NCBI GenBank assembly: GCA_021613535.1
Contig: CP075496.1
Location: forward strand, 6,138,001 to 6,202,000
Direction of reading: 5' to 3'
Source of the DNA: Adineta vaga
Lineage: Eukaryota > Animalia > Rotifera
DNA length: 64,000 bases
Shown here: piece by piece, positions 19,509 to 34,142 of the stretch
Numbering within the stretch: position 1 is the stretch's first letter
Layout: the number at the start of each line of letters is the position of its first letter
Program-made: the position numbers and the translations under genes
The notes under the pieces: model-generated
Databases searched by the model: none
What the model was told of the DNA's origin: nothing
Seen by the model: the letters and a program-made list of their open reading frames with translations, nothing else

Positions 19509-22500
19509 ATGGTGAGATGTTTCCTATTGGATAGTATTGTCTTTGCAAAAGAAAAACGAAACTTTAATTTTTTCTAATAAATATAAAAACATTATAATAT
19601 TATTTTCATATTTTCTAGATCAAAATGATAGTGTTAAAATTCTTCATATATATTTTTTGTTTTTTATTGTATCACATTGCTGCTGAGGTATGAATGAGAT
19701 TTTATTGTTGTTGTTTATATCACATTGATTTCTTTATGTTAAGAGTGATCATTGTATATGGTATGGTCAATGTGGAATAAATTCACAAGGTAAAACAACT
19801 AATTGCGAATACAATGGCACTGCACAATTATTAACGGATGAAGCAGCTTTAAGAACGCTAGAAACAGCTTGTGGAATGATTTATAATGGTAAGCAAAATA
19901 TTTTCTAGTTAAACAAGTAATCTAATGAGAATGTGTCAAAAGATACGACAAATGGTATACACATCAATAGAAAAGCTATTTGTCAAAGAAAGATAGCACG
20001 TCAAAACTCCTAATGACATGTACTATTCTTGAGAAATATTTGATTCTATACTAAATTGAATCGAAATTTATAGAGGTTATTAAAATAAATTTCTTTCAGG
20101 TTCGAATGATACCTATACTTGTTGCGCACCGGATCAAATTGTGAATATGGCTAACCAATTTGGTATGGCAAAGTTAATGTTAGGTCGTTGTCCATCATGC
20201 TATTACAATTTTCGTTCATTATTTTGTGCTATGACATGTGGTGTTGATCATAGCCGTTATCTTAGTGTTATTGAAACGGGCACTAGTTCAAAATATCCAG
20301 GACGAGTGACTGTTGAAGCTATTAATTATACCCTTGCTGATGATTTTGGTCAACGAATTCTTGATTCTTGTCGGTCAGTTATCTTTTGTTTGTTTTTGTT
20401 TCAAACGAAGTTTTTCTTTGAATTCGTAGAGATGTTTTATATCCTGGTGGAAATCAACATTCCCTCGATACAATGTGTGGTCAACCATATGATAAATGTA
20501 CGAAAGAAGCATTTATGGAATATTTGGGTCTTACTAATCCTGCTGTACCATTTCCTATACATATTTATTTTGAAAATGATACCAAAAAGAGTGATACTTT
20601 TTATAACCAAACAACATTTCACTGTGATGAACCACTTGTAACACAATATGAAAATAAAACTGCATGTGGTTGTTTAGTGAGTCTTTTGAAAAGACAAATT
20701 GAATTTTTTAACATGTTTGTTGTTTAGGATTGTCTCAAATCATGTCGTCCATTACCACCAGATGTACCAGATAAAGAATTTCGAATATTTAATATGGATG
20801 GATGGGTTGTCATTGCGGCAATATTTGCTATACTTCTTATAACGACATTTTTGCTCTCAATGGTCGTCATACCAACATTTCGAAAACGTCGAACAATACT
20901 TATTGCACCACCAACAGGTAAATGAGATTTGTTAGAATTTACTTAATACTATGTTTTCTACTATGTAGAAGAAACTTCGTTATTGCGTCCAACTGTTTCT
21001 CAAAGAAGAAAAGGAATTTTTCTACGTATTCGTCGTTATACAGAACAGCATCTCGAACGTATATTTTTTCGGTAAGAATAAAATGAATAAAAATTTTGCT
21101 TCATATTTGATTCTTGTTTTTTTTTTCTCAGACTCGGTCTTTTCTGTGCTCAACATCCATTTATTGTTTTCTTTATCGGTGGTATTATAATCACAGGTCT
21201 TTCATGTGGTCTACTCAAATTTCAAGTTACAACTGATCCTGTTAAATTATGGTCAGCAAAATCAAGTATTGCACGTCAACAAAAGGATTATTTCGATAAA
21301 CATTTCAAGTAAGAATCATTTCCTATCATTTGAAATCAAAACTTTCCTATTTTCCTTCTAGACCTTTCTATCGAACAACACAATTGATTATTATTCCAGA
21401 TGATCAAACATTTGAAACATTTGATTATTTATCACCACCTGCGCCTTATGCTGAATACACATTTGGTCCTGTATTTAAATTAGATTTTCTTTCACGTGTA
21501 CTTGATCTTCAAACAGCAGTCTTATCATTAACAGCAGATGTAAATGACAAAAATCGAACGGTTCATTTATCAGATATTTGTTTTAAACCATTAGAACCTG
21601 ATAATGAAAATTGTACAGTTTTTTCAATTTTACAGTATTTTCAAAATTCACGTGAAAATTTATACAAACGTATTGATGATGGATTTTTTACATGGTTTGA
21701 TTATTCAACTCATTTTATATCATGTTCACAAGCACCAACAACGACGAATGATTCATTAGGTCTGTCATGTTTCGGAGATTTTGGTGGAACAATCAATCCT
21801 TTTATGGTTTTGGGTAATTATTCCGATACAGCTTATGCAAATGCGACTGCACTTGTCATTACGATCGTTATTGAAAATTCAAATGATCCAGAAAAAGTTC
21901 AATTAGGTTAGTTAGAATATTATATAGATTTTCGTGTTTATGCTTGTATAAATCTATTTTAGCGGAAGCCTGGGAAAAAGTGTTTTTGGATTATATGAAA
22001 AACTTTACGGAAACACAAAAATCATTACGTGCTGCTGGTTATTGGAATCAAACAGCAAATTTTACTGTTTATTATAGTGCTGAACGTTCAATTCAAGATG
22101 AATTAAATCGACAAAGTCGTTCAGATATTTTAACTATTATCATATCTTATTCAATTATGTTTCTCTATGTTACTTTAACACTTGGTCATATTCGATCTTG
22201 GCGTACATGTTTAATTGATTTGAAAATTTCTGTTGGATTTATTGGTGTTCTCTTCGTTTTATTGTCTGTCATGAGTTCTATTGGATTTTTCTCCTATTGT
22301 GGTATCGCTGGTACATTAATTATATTCGAAGTTATTCCATTTCTTGTCTTAGCTGTTGGAGTTGATAATATTTTCATCATTGTTCAACATTTTGAACATA
22401 CAAAAGATGAAAACCTTCCATCAATAGAAATACGTCTTGCAACAACAATTAGTCGTATTGGTCCATCAATTTTATTAACAGCATCAAGTGAATCAATTGC

Positions 22501-24995
22501 TTTTCTACTTGGTGCGTTAACACCCATGCCAGCTGTACAGATCTTTTCATTATATGCATTCATGGCTGTATTTATTGATTTCTTACTTCAAATTACGTGT
22601 TTTGTATCAGCACTTGCACTCGATGCTCGACGACAAGAATCTAATCGACCCGATCTCTGTTGTTGTGTATCTATGTCAACAGCATCATCATCGAATGAGT
22701 CAAATGAACCAAAAACGAAAGGATTATTACACCAAATCTTTACTAACGTCTGGACACCATTAGTTCTTGGAAATTCTTTTATACGTGCATTGATATTTTC
22801 AATGTTTATTATAATAACATGTTTATCATTATCAATTCTTCATCGAATACCAATTGGTTTGGATCAAAAATTATCAATGCCAAAAGATTCATATGTTCTA
22901 GATTATTTCTATGGTCTAGAAAATTATCTTAGTGTTGGTCCACCAGTTTATTTTATAGTTAATGAAGATGCAATTGATTATAAAAATATTCGTGAACAAG
23001 ATTTACTTTGTGGAACATCAGGTTGTTCGCCAATATCTTTACTCGGACAAATTGGAGAAACATTAAGACAACCAAAACGTTATTATCTTGCACAACCACC
23101 TTCTTCATGGCTTGATGATTATTTTGATTGGTTACAATCAACAAACGATCCACCTTGCTGTAGAATCAATAATCGAACACACGAATTTTGTCCTGCAACA
23201 ATGAATAATTCATTATGTGTAACATGTCCAATACAATTCTTGGAAAATCAACGACCATCACCTGATGATTTTCAAAAGTATATACAATATTTTCTAATTG
23301 ATAATCCGGGAGAAAAATGTCCAAAAGGTGGTCATGCTGCTTATCATGATGCTGTGGAATTAGTCAATAAAACTCGTGTTAAAACATCTTATTTCATGGG
23401 TTTTCATTCAGTACTTAAAACCTCCACAGATTTTATTGGTGCAATGAGAAGTGCAAATGAAATAGCGAAAAATATTTCGAAAACAATTTTAATTAATCAA
23501 ACACATCCATATCATGAGTCAAATAAGTTGGAAGATTATCCTGTTTTTCCATACAGGTAATTATAGCATTATAACATTCTTATTATTTATTAGAAGTTAA
23601 CTTATACTCATCAGATATCATGCATATTTAATTGATTTATATACAATACCCGAAGAAAAAATAGTTTTTCTGAGTTTCTGCTTCGAATAATTAAGGTCAA
23701 AATTAATTTGTTTTCTTAAAGGTTGACGAATTTGACAATCAAAGTTTTTATCGTTCCTTGAGCGATGAGAATTCCTTTTCAAATCAACTCATATGAATAA
23801 ACTAATTCGACATGACTTGTCGACAAAGAACATTTATAAACACTATTTTAAGGTATCTACAAGTGTATCCTGACATTTTAGAATGATTAAATGTTCTTAA
23901 GATAATCACGAAAATAATAGCGTTTAGGTTGATTAATTTCTTTATATTACACTAGAATAAGTAATTAATTTAGCGTAGAACCGTTTTCATCATAGGAAAA
24001 TGAATGATTCCATTATGTCTTTCTTCGATCTTATTATTTCTTCCTTTTTTTTGCGTCAATTGATAGTCGAGGTCTCTATTTACAATTTACTTATATGTCA
24101 ATAATCTATGAACTGAGAAAGTTCATTATCGAGAGCTCAAATAGAATACATTTATTTATTTATTTATTTTTCTTCTTCTTCTTCTTCTAGTGTATTCTAC
24201 GTTTTCTACGATCAATATTTAACTATTTGGCGTGATCTTATTGTGAATTTAACTTATTCATTCACTGCTGTGTTTCTTGTGACATGTATTTTACTTGGTT
24301 TTGATATTCATACTGCATTTTTGATTCTTCTTTGTGTATTTATGATTATTACGAATATGTTTGGTGTAATGTATCTATGGCATATTGAATTAAATGCTAT
24401 ATCTGTTGTAAATATTATTATGGTAAGGTTTGATCATATGCATTTAATATGAAATAATGATAGGATGTTTGTTTATAGTCTGTTGGTATTGCAGTTGAAT
24501 TTTGTGCTCATATTGCACGTTATTTTGCTGTTCGACAAGGTGCTACTCGTTTAATTCGAGCAAAGATTGCCTTAGCTGAAATGGGTAGTTCGGTACGTTA
24601 ATTATTGTCATTTTGGTCGTTTCTATATGATTAAATTTCTTTTAGGTCTTCAGTGGTATAACATTAACTAAAATTGGTGGAGTTGTAGTTCTTGCTTTTG
24701 CTAAATCACAACTTTTTCAAGTATTCTATTTTCGAATGTATTTCGCTCTGGTTATTATTGGAGCTATGCATGGTTTACTCTTTCTTCCAATATTATTAAG
24801 TTATTTCGGTGTGTATAAGATTATAATTATCTATATAAATGTAAATTGATCGTTTTAGGTCCACAATCGCTTGAACTATTTGATGAAGAAAAACGTATCC
24901 GTCAACTCAGTGCAAACCATGTTGATTTATCAAGTGAAATAAATATAGATGGTGACGAAGGTGACATATGTGATTCTTCAAGAGAAAAACTATAA
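19509..24995 (+). CDS. NPC1: Niemann-Pick C1 lysosomal cholesterol transporter
   Basis: CIWYGQCG; [18 protein letters not shown]; TTDPVKLW; [10 protein letters not shown]; sterol-sensing domain [17 protein letters not shown]; [13 protein letters not shown]; SVGPPVYF; KGGHAAY; [11 protein letters not shown]; VFSGITLTK. Start is either an ATG-only exon at 19509 or the ATG at 19625. Confidence 0.96.
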
Positions 24996-26808
24996 ACATG
25001 AACGATTTATCTCTTTTTCTTTCTTTCTGTCTTGTCAGATGTATGTTGTTTTTCTCGATGAATTCATTGAAAGAATAAATCTAATCTAATGTTATATTAT
25101 GGTTAATTCTCGCCAAAACAAAAATCTATGATATTTAATCTTGAACTCGATCTTCCTTTTTTCTAATAGCTTATCAAGAAAAAAAACCTGGCTTTTTTCT
25201 AGATAAGTAAATGAGTTTTCAGTAGACATAATAAATATTTATAATCTAGTTTTTTTCTGTTCAACACAAAAAAAGTCAACGACGCAGTATCTTTCATCAG
25301 ATTAAAGCATGATTTTAGATTAAAATAATGTTTTCTCTCTTCTTCTTTCCTTGACATCTTGTCAGGAATTTTACATTAAGAAAATAACAACATTGTATGC
25401 TAACGTATTTAATATTTTATAGAAAACTCTTCAGTTAATGCAACGTTCATGTGTGTTTTTACACTAGAATATTCTATTTTTTCTAGCACATCATAGAAGA
25501 ATGAAGATTGTTCTCTTGTGTCTATAATACCAACAATGACTGACATCTATGAGAATGATTTTATAAAGTTTATCTTACATTCGAGAATAGATTAAAAGGT
25601 TTTATTTCTGATATTTTCGTAAAATTCTCTCCTCTCTTGAATTTTCATAAGAATGCAATATATGATTTCTATATGATGAAATCATTTACCAATGATCATC
25701 AAATAGTTGTCATTTATGTTTTTTAATGTGTGAACTTTCATGGAATGGAAGTTGCGTTTTTTTCTTTCTTTCATCATTTATTATTCTTTTCAAATATGAG
25801 TTCCATTTTATTTACTTATGCACATACTCACAAGCACTTTAACAATGAGTTCGTAGGTGCCTTTATTGTTTTCTGCTTAAGAATCTCGCATTTCTCGCGT
25901 TTTTCTTCTCGACGTGTCACTAATATTTCTTTCCTTCTTTTCTCTCTCATTAGACATGTAATGAATCAACAAGAAGTCATGACTATATTTGTCTTGAAAT
26001 GTTTTTCTTCCTTTTTTACTCTAGATTTGTTCTTTGTTATGAAATTATGATTTGTAAAAGTTTTGAGAAAAAAGAGAGATTTATGTAACAAAAATGAATA
26101 AGTATGTTTTCATTAGATTTACTACTCGAAAGTTTGAAAAGAAAAAAATCAGACATTCGAAAAGGTAGGAACTATAATAATGTCGACTGTTATTAGAATA
26201 CTTAGAAAAGAACAGAACGGAAAATATTGTTAATAATCGTGGACAGGTATACCTCGTCGTCGTCCTTATAGACGATATTCTGACAGTGCGCAATGTATTT
26301 GTCTGTCTAGAAAAGAACCTATTCAAGAGAAAGAAAAAGAAAACGGAAGAAAAAAACCTGACTTTAGCTGGGCAACAGTGCAAAGTCATTCTTCGTCGCT
26401 TATATTTCTCTATTTTTTTCCTATTTTTCTCCTTATACTACTCTCAATGGAAAAATGCCTGACTTGATTAACTATCATAAAAAGAGAAATAAAGAGAGAG
26501 AGAAGATAAAAACGAAGAAAACTGATCTTTAAAGAACGAGAGAAAGAAAAATTATATATATATATATATAATCGGATTGTCTCTTAATGGTTAGTATAGT
26601 AAGGTAACGTGTATTCTCCTTTAAGTCTCTTGAATCATCACGAGACTATTTTTCTATTGAACATCTGTTAAACGATGTAATAGGTTGATTTAAATCTTTT
26701 TTTTTCACTTCGACTATTTTAGATGATGTTGTTTTTGCTCAAATCTAGTATTTTCTAATTTGTGTTTGAGTGTGTGTGCGTGTGTGTCTGTTATATGTAT
26801 ATTTGTAT

Positions 26809-29800
26809 ATGATGTTTATTCAAAATCCAGAAAAAACCTCATCGAAAGATTGTAATATGTTAACATCATTGGAAAAATTTCAAGAACAATATAATCGCGT
26901 TCAACAACAATTCGATGAATGGACAGCATTTGAACAGATTTATGTTTCAATGGAATTAACTAAAAAATTACCTATATCACATCGATATTTTCTTTCGCAA
27001 TTTTTATATCAACCAAACAATCAACTTGAACATAATGATATGTTTCATCATACGATTCATCAAGCAAATACACCTGGTAAATATCGAGACGAAAAGAAAA
27101 TCATACAATCGCAATGGTTTTTTTTTTCTTTTTTTCTAGCTATTCTTGCTTGTCTTTTATCTGATGCAGAAGATAAAATTATATCAACTCTTCATTTATA
27201 TCTACCGTTAGTTTCACCAACAACTACTAATGAAAAACTACTTGAAGCATATCGAGATGTTTTCATCTATCTTGATTCAAAATTGGCCAATCCATCGAAT
27301 TTTTCTTATACAGAACAACAATTAATCAATTTTTGTCAACAAATTCGATTTTTTATACAAAAAAATCCATGTTTACAAAAATTTTCAAATGATATTCCAC
27401 AATTGAATGCTTTAGCGTCATCAACAACTAAAACTAATAAAGAAAATACGGATGAGGTATGATATGTCAATAGAATTTTCCATTAGAAATAATCCTTTTT
27501 CAATATATAAAGAATGAATAATGATGATAAGAATAGTCATGACATTTCAAGGTTAGCATTTATTTTCTTTTTATAAATTTTCAAAACAAAACCACGGATG
27601 TAAATATTCATATTTTACTTTATTCATTTATCAATGACGTCAATCACAAACATTGAGACATAGATATATTATCTTGATAGTATAATGAATGAAAACAAAC
27701 AAACAAGTAAATTTTGAAATTCTTGTCTTTTTAAGAAATCATCTATACAAACACAACGACATCATCAACCTTTACAACGTTATCCATCTGTTCGACCTAA
27801 TCAACAAGCATCACCACCACCAACAGCATCACCTTTGATGAATTTTATTTCAGAAGGTTCATGTAATACTACAATATCTCAACAACTTTCACGTACTGAT
27901 GCAGGTGATAGTGGTGTTGATCTATCGGAACCATGTTTAACAACTTCAGCACAAAATCTTCTATCGTCTCAACATTCAACAGTTGGTAGATCACATTCAG
28001 CTAATTTAGCATTAACTAAGGAAGAAGAAAATCAAACGAGTCATCTATTTGTTGCAAAATCAACTTCATCACCAACGCCTGAACAAACAAATACAACGCG
28101 TACATCATTTGTACCATTAACAGGTGTTTTAAGTGCACCAGCACCAACACATCATTCCTATTATTCAGATTTTCGTCATCAAAATTCCAGTTATTCACAA
28201 CAACAAGGTCGACCAACATTAACAATAAGTGATGAAGATGAAGAAGAACCTTCAGCAGACTATTACTCTCAATTTCCAACAAAATCATTTGACAAATTCT
28301 ATTTCGATATGAATACGGCAGATAATAATACGACTACGACTACAAATAATAATCGTTTACGACAATTTTCTTCTTTACGTAATCGAAATGCACGAACTCA
28401 TTCAAACAATTCTGCTAGTAATGGTGAAAGTGTTTCACAATATTTAGCCGTTGATGGAGCTTTTGGTTCTGTACGTAATACATTTATTCAACCAAATACT
28501 GGCATGCGTGGTAAATGAACACTATGTTTTTCGCTCATTTCTCATACTCTTTTCTATTAAGATGTTCCAAAATGGTTAAAAAATCTTCGTTTACATAAAT
28601 ATGCATTTTTCTTTTCTCAAATGACATATGATCAAATGATGAATTTAACTATTGATCAATTAAAAGAAGGCAAAATTACTGATGGTGCTTGTACAAAAAT
28701 CTTAATACATATTAAGAAATTAAAAGAAAGACAAGTTTTATTACAACAAAGTCTTGTTGATATTGATAATGAGAATATTGATATGAAAATTGTTTTACAA
28801 CAATTGAATGAATTAATGTTAACGCCAATACGTGCTCCACAAGCGGATCAAGATAATAATGATAATGAGGAAAATTTACCGAAATTAATTATGCAAGTAC
28901 TTGAAAAAGGTATGTGAAAAATTATACAAGTAGAAATCTTCAGAAGATAATTAGTTTCTTAATAATATTGCTAACTTAGTTATCATTTTGTTTTAGTCTA
29001 TCAAAAATTAACATCGAATACATCATCGACAACAATTTTTTCCGATATGTGCAATAATCTAGTTGGTCTATTCGATCGTTGTTATAAACATGAAGCTTTT
29101 TCTCCCGATCAACGTCATAAACTATTACATTGGCGAGGTCCATTATGTAATAAATTACAAACATCTGGTAAGATTGAATTTAAATCTATGCAATCTTCGT
29201 CATCATCTGTAAACCGTCGAACTCAACTGAAACCTCAAACAAGTATGGGAAATATGAATACAACATCAGTAACTAAACCTGCCATACGTAATATAAAAAG
29301 TATAGCACCATATTATCCAAATTATCAATCACCATCCATACCATTATCACGACAACATAATTCCGATTTACCGAATTCAAATGGGAATAATTCCAATTCA
29401 ACTGACGCCAATTTAATTCGACGTCCAACAAAATCTCCTACCTTGATTCTTACATCAAATAATGATTCTCAAGATGATATAACCACATCATCATCATCGA
29501 ACAATCATCTATCCATTGTTTCAAGCCATTCCTTACAAGAGAAACCATCATTTAATCAAACACAACCATTTATTACTGACCGTTCAGGTACAGGTAGTGG
29601 AAATCTTCGACCATCATTTAGTTATGCAACATCCATTTTACAACGTACAAATGGCGCTTATTTAGCTACTAATGAACATCAATTATTAACACGAAAAACA
29701 AGTATTGATCCATATGGTGAAACAAATTCAGAAGATAAAACCAAATTATGTAAAACATATAGTGATCCAAGTCGAATTCGTTTCTGTCATCCAATTCCAA

Positions 29801-30323
29801 CTCAACAATCATCCAATCATTTACAAATATCATCTCAACCAAAAACGTATCATATTACATCAACACCTTATTCATCACGACAGTGTCTCTCACGTTCTCA
29901 ACCAACACGAACTGATGTAAATCATTACTTTGAGAATGATTTAATTACTCAATCACCTATTCAAAAATCATATTCTGATAGAGAAGCATGTATTTATTAT
30001 GGTAAAAGTTCTTTCTCTTGATTATCTGTAGTGAATATTCTTTTCCTTGTTTTGACAGAAAGTGATGAAAATAATAATCATACAACAACAACATCATCAT
30101 CATTAAATGATAGTAAATCTCATGATGTTGAACTTGCTTTAAAACAAAGACATAATAGTACAGATTTTGACACATTATGTCGTCAAATGACAGAATCTGC
30201 GATTAGTGATGATGGTAAAGAAATCTATTGTTCTTATTATTTTCATTCGAAATAAGTCTTTTATTATTTATTTTAGTTATAAATCAAAAATATTCTTCAA
30301 CTAATTCAATAGATAATGAATAG
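26809..30323 (+). CDS. SAMD4: Smaug/SAMD4-like RNA-binding translational repressor
   Basis: N-terminal FDEWTAFEQ region; SAM domain GMR|DVPKWLKNLRLHKYAFFFSQMTYDQMM...IKKLKERQ; PHAT-like helices; C-terminal FDTLCRQMTESAISD. Confidence 0.9.
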
Positions 30324-30446
30324 TGGTAAAACAATTGATTCAATTTTCAACAAAATAATCAAACATAAATACAAAATACAAACAAATATTTTTTCGTTTT
30401 TTCTTTCTTGTATAGATTTTTAATTTAAATCATTTTTGTTTCCTCT

Positions 30447-30465
30447 TGCGTGTCTGGTACACTCA
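30447..30465 (+). promoter_or_regulatory. Candidate Smaug recognition element (stem-loop with CUGGU loop) in the Smaug 3'UTR
   Basis: GTGT-CTGGT-ACAC at 30450-30462. The stem extends by 2 bp past one mismatch (tg/ca). Confidence 0.45.
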
Positions 30466-31053
30466 TTCATTTCTAGCTTATTCTATCGTTTAAATTTTGC
30501 GCTTTTGTTGTTGTTGTTTTTTATTGTTGTTGTTTTTTTTCGTTGTCGTCCCCGTCCGGTGGCATAAGGAAAAGAATTTCAACATACAAGCCAAAATCAA
30601 AACGACAACATCGAAACCAATATGCCGGTGACTTCTTCGTATATACGGATTTTTTCTTTCTTTCACATTTTGGCTGCTGCGCTGCTTCATTTTCAATGTA
30701 TGCTTCGAAAGAGATCGTTGACACAGAGAAAAACAAAAGAAACGAACTCATTTTTAATTTTTATTCTTTCTCATTTGTAATCATTCGAACAGATTAGCAC
30801 GCTATCGGCAGCGCCGTATGGAATTTTTCTTATGTGTGCGTATTTATAAACGATGACATATGTATTTGTAAAGATACACACACACAATCGCCAGAAGTGC
30901 CTTTCTTTTTGTTGTTGCTTGATTTCAATGTATATTTAAGTTTATCTATTATTTTTTGTGTTCTCTCATTTCATTGATTAAACATCGAAAGAATATATTA
31001 CTAAAATTCATTGGATTTCTAGATATTTTTTGTTTATTTTGTTTTGTATTCAA

Positions 31054-32851
31054 ATGGCATCTTCATCATCATCAGCACTATTTAAAGAACGTGAAAAATT
31101 TGTGAAACGACAAGCAGAAGAAGCAGCATTTCTTGCTTCAGCAGATAAACGTCAAAAAGTTGATAAGCCATCATCACAGAAAACAAATCGACCTAAATCA
31201 TCACTTCCTCGAGCTAAAACATCATCAGGTTAGTTGTGACGTTGTTTTCATTTATTTACATTCAAATTTATTCATATTGTAGATTTTATAGCTGATTTTC
31301 ATACATCAAATTCTGGTTCAAAACCGAGAAATTTGATATTAACAAAAATTGTACAAAAATTACAGGTAAATTTGACAACGAAAGAATTTAAGAACTAACA
31401 ATCAGTCTACTCTTCAAATTTAATTAACTAAACTCTAATAATAGCCATATTGTTTAAGTAGACTCATTTGGTTTTGCGTCCTAGAACTTTATAATGATCT
31501 CCGAAATATCTGCATATCAAAGAACTCTTTTTCACGGTTTTCGCATCTAATTAATTAAAGATCTATTTATATGCACCTTAACGTTTTTCCTAATCTAAAA
31601 ATATCTGTAATGAATATTGTTATATTACTGAAAGTCATACTCGATTAAAAAATTTCTATGAAATAACAAAAATGTCTTGGTTCTTACGTTGACATTTCAT
31701 GATATATGATATTAGTTGCATATCAACGTAAAAACCATATGCGTTCTCTTTTTTCCATAGAAAAAATGGCATGACGTCTCATGGAAAACGGACAGTTAAT
31801 TAAATAAGGAACTTTTTATTCAGATGTGAAAATTTAACTGGGATAGAGAAGTTATATAAAATACTTTTTTGGACATAGTATATAGATTCGTTTGAAAATA
31901 AGATAATTATGTTTTCTTTCAGGAACGTTATCTTGGTGGACAAACTGATTCAGTAACTTTAGATGAAATTGTCGAAGAATCTGGTGTAACAGTCGATTCA
32001 TCGGATAAACATTGGCTTGCTTCAGAAGTATTAAAACGTCAAATGAAATTGTCATATTTTGAAATGATTTTTTAAATTTAGGCTCTTTTAATCAATCCGA
32101 AAATAGATGTTGAACGTGTCAATGATGTAAATAGATTTATATATAAACCTCCACTTGATTTAAAAGCTGCAAAGAAAATACCACTGCTCAATCTTCTCAA
32201 ATCACGACATGAAAAATGTGAAGGTACAATAACTGTTGATGATGTTCGAGATACAATTCCATCAAATAAAGCTGATTTTATCATTGAGGTATGTATGAGA
32301 AAAGCAGAGAAATTGACCATTTTTTTCCAATTTTCTAGAATTTAGTCAGAAGTAAAGATGTAGCGAAAGTCACTAATAATAAAAGAGAAGTGTTATTCTA
32401 CACTGATCGTGCTTATGATCTCCAAGTTAATCCAGGTAAAGTTCTTCGTTTTCATATAAGTAAAGCTTATCTCTTATTTTATTTTTAATTATTTAGAATT
32501 TATTGATTCGTGGCGACGAATATCAGTTGAAGGTTTAGATGACAAAATGATTTCAGAATTTCTCTCTAATCAAGGACATCGTGTTCTCACTAAGAACGCG
32601 CCACGACTACCGGTAAATCTCATTCAATATATTTCAATATATAAAGTATATATATATATATCTATTTATTCTAGGAATTAACAACTAAAACTAAACGTGG
32701 TGGTCGTCGTGTTGATACAATGAAACATAATCAACATGTTGCACATCAACTTGAAGTAAATCTAAAAATTAAACTGAATATTTGACAATTGAACTGATAA
32801 TATTTATTCTTTTTTCTTTAGGATTATACGCAAACAGCAATAAAGAAATAA
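31054..32851 (+). CDS. GTF2E2: Transcription initiation factor IIE subunit beta
   Basis: ALFKEREKF; KIVQKLQERY; TLDEIVEES; HWLASEALLINPKI; FIYKPP; VLFYTD; EFIDSWRRISVEGLD; KHNQHVAHQLEDY. Confidence 0.9.
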
Positions 32852-33466
32852 TTCTTGATTTACAATGGGTTTTTTTCTTGTTCGGACATGAAAGAAGAGT
32901 GTGTTTAAAATTTGAATATGTATTTCATGTTGAAGTTACAACTCGACGGATAGTATTGTCGAATTTATAGCTTCGGCAAAGGATGTAACTTCGACATGAC
33001 ATATATATTCTTATATCAATATTGAATTAAAAAGAAATCAAAAAATAAACACATGTCTCTCGCAATTTCCATGTTAAGATCTTTGAGTGCATTTTTACCG
33101 AAAAAAAATAATTAATTCTAGACTGATTGAAAAGAGGAAAAAAATAATCTAGTACAGTAATGTTAGTGATAAAACGAATATGTATAGTGAAGGAAAAGAA
33201 ACTAGTTGAAAGTTATTGAAATAGATATGTAAACATAAATCATTCAAAAATATATCTAATAAAATAAATTAAGATTTTATTGTGAAGAAAAAAATGAGAT
33301 TTGTCTCGATATTCATCTCGAATTTATTTACATACGAGAACAATAAAAGAAAAACATAAGTCTAGTGTAGATTTGGTATTCAACAAGTCAAGCATGAGAT
33401 ATTTGTCTTAGTTTGGTGTAGATAAAAGAAAAGAAAATGAAGACAAGCAAAAAACGGAAATATATG

Positions 33467-34142
33467 TCATGTCGATGATCGACCAAATGATTGAGAAGAT
33501 TCACGGATTGAACCCGATTGTCTTGATGATGGTGGTTTCGAAACAACGACAATATCTTTTTCCGACAGGACTTGAACAAAAAATGCACCTTCTTTCTTTC
33601 GAAATTTTTTATTTGCAGCATCGAATGACAAACGTATACCAATTGATATACTCAATAAACATGTTAAACATTCCAATAATGATATAACTAATCCCACAAA
33701 TAGAAGTCGATCTTTTTGTTCTTTCAAATAAGCTTGTCCGTCTGTCATGATATTTACTAAACCTAATCGTAATAATTGAATATTAACACAATCTACGACA
33801 AGTGTGACAGTACTGATTGCTACGTAGCATAATATCTAAATAAGAAAATTGAACTTTTCAGAAATCAAGAAGTTTTCTCATTTACCACATAGAGACCTTT
33901 TTGACGTGCACATATCATTCCTATTGCACCACAAAGAGCAAACTGCAAAAAACAAAATCAGAATGAAGAATATTTTTCTTAACTAGTTAACATACGAAAA
34001 AACCGCTCCATAATGGTGAGACACTATATGCCATCCAAACAGATTCTCGACTTTGTGCAATAATACCAATAATAAAACTTATTAGAGCAAGTACAACATG
34101 TAATGATGATATAGCATAAGTCAATCCAATGAAAATGTACAT
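33467..34142 (-). CDS. TMEM196-like four-pass membrane protein
   Basis: Three exons, four hydrophobic helices. SPLWSGFF|FALCGAIGMICARQKGLYV|IL resembles TMEM196 SPVWSG...CGICGILCAKKK. Confidence 0.7.

Noticed and set aside
27513-27551. Possible small Smaug exon
   Set aside because: It has an in-frame stop in the required phase, and the flanking exons join correctly without it.
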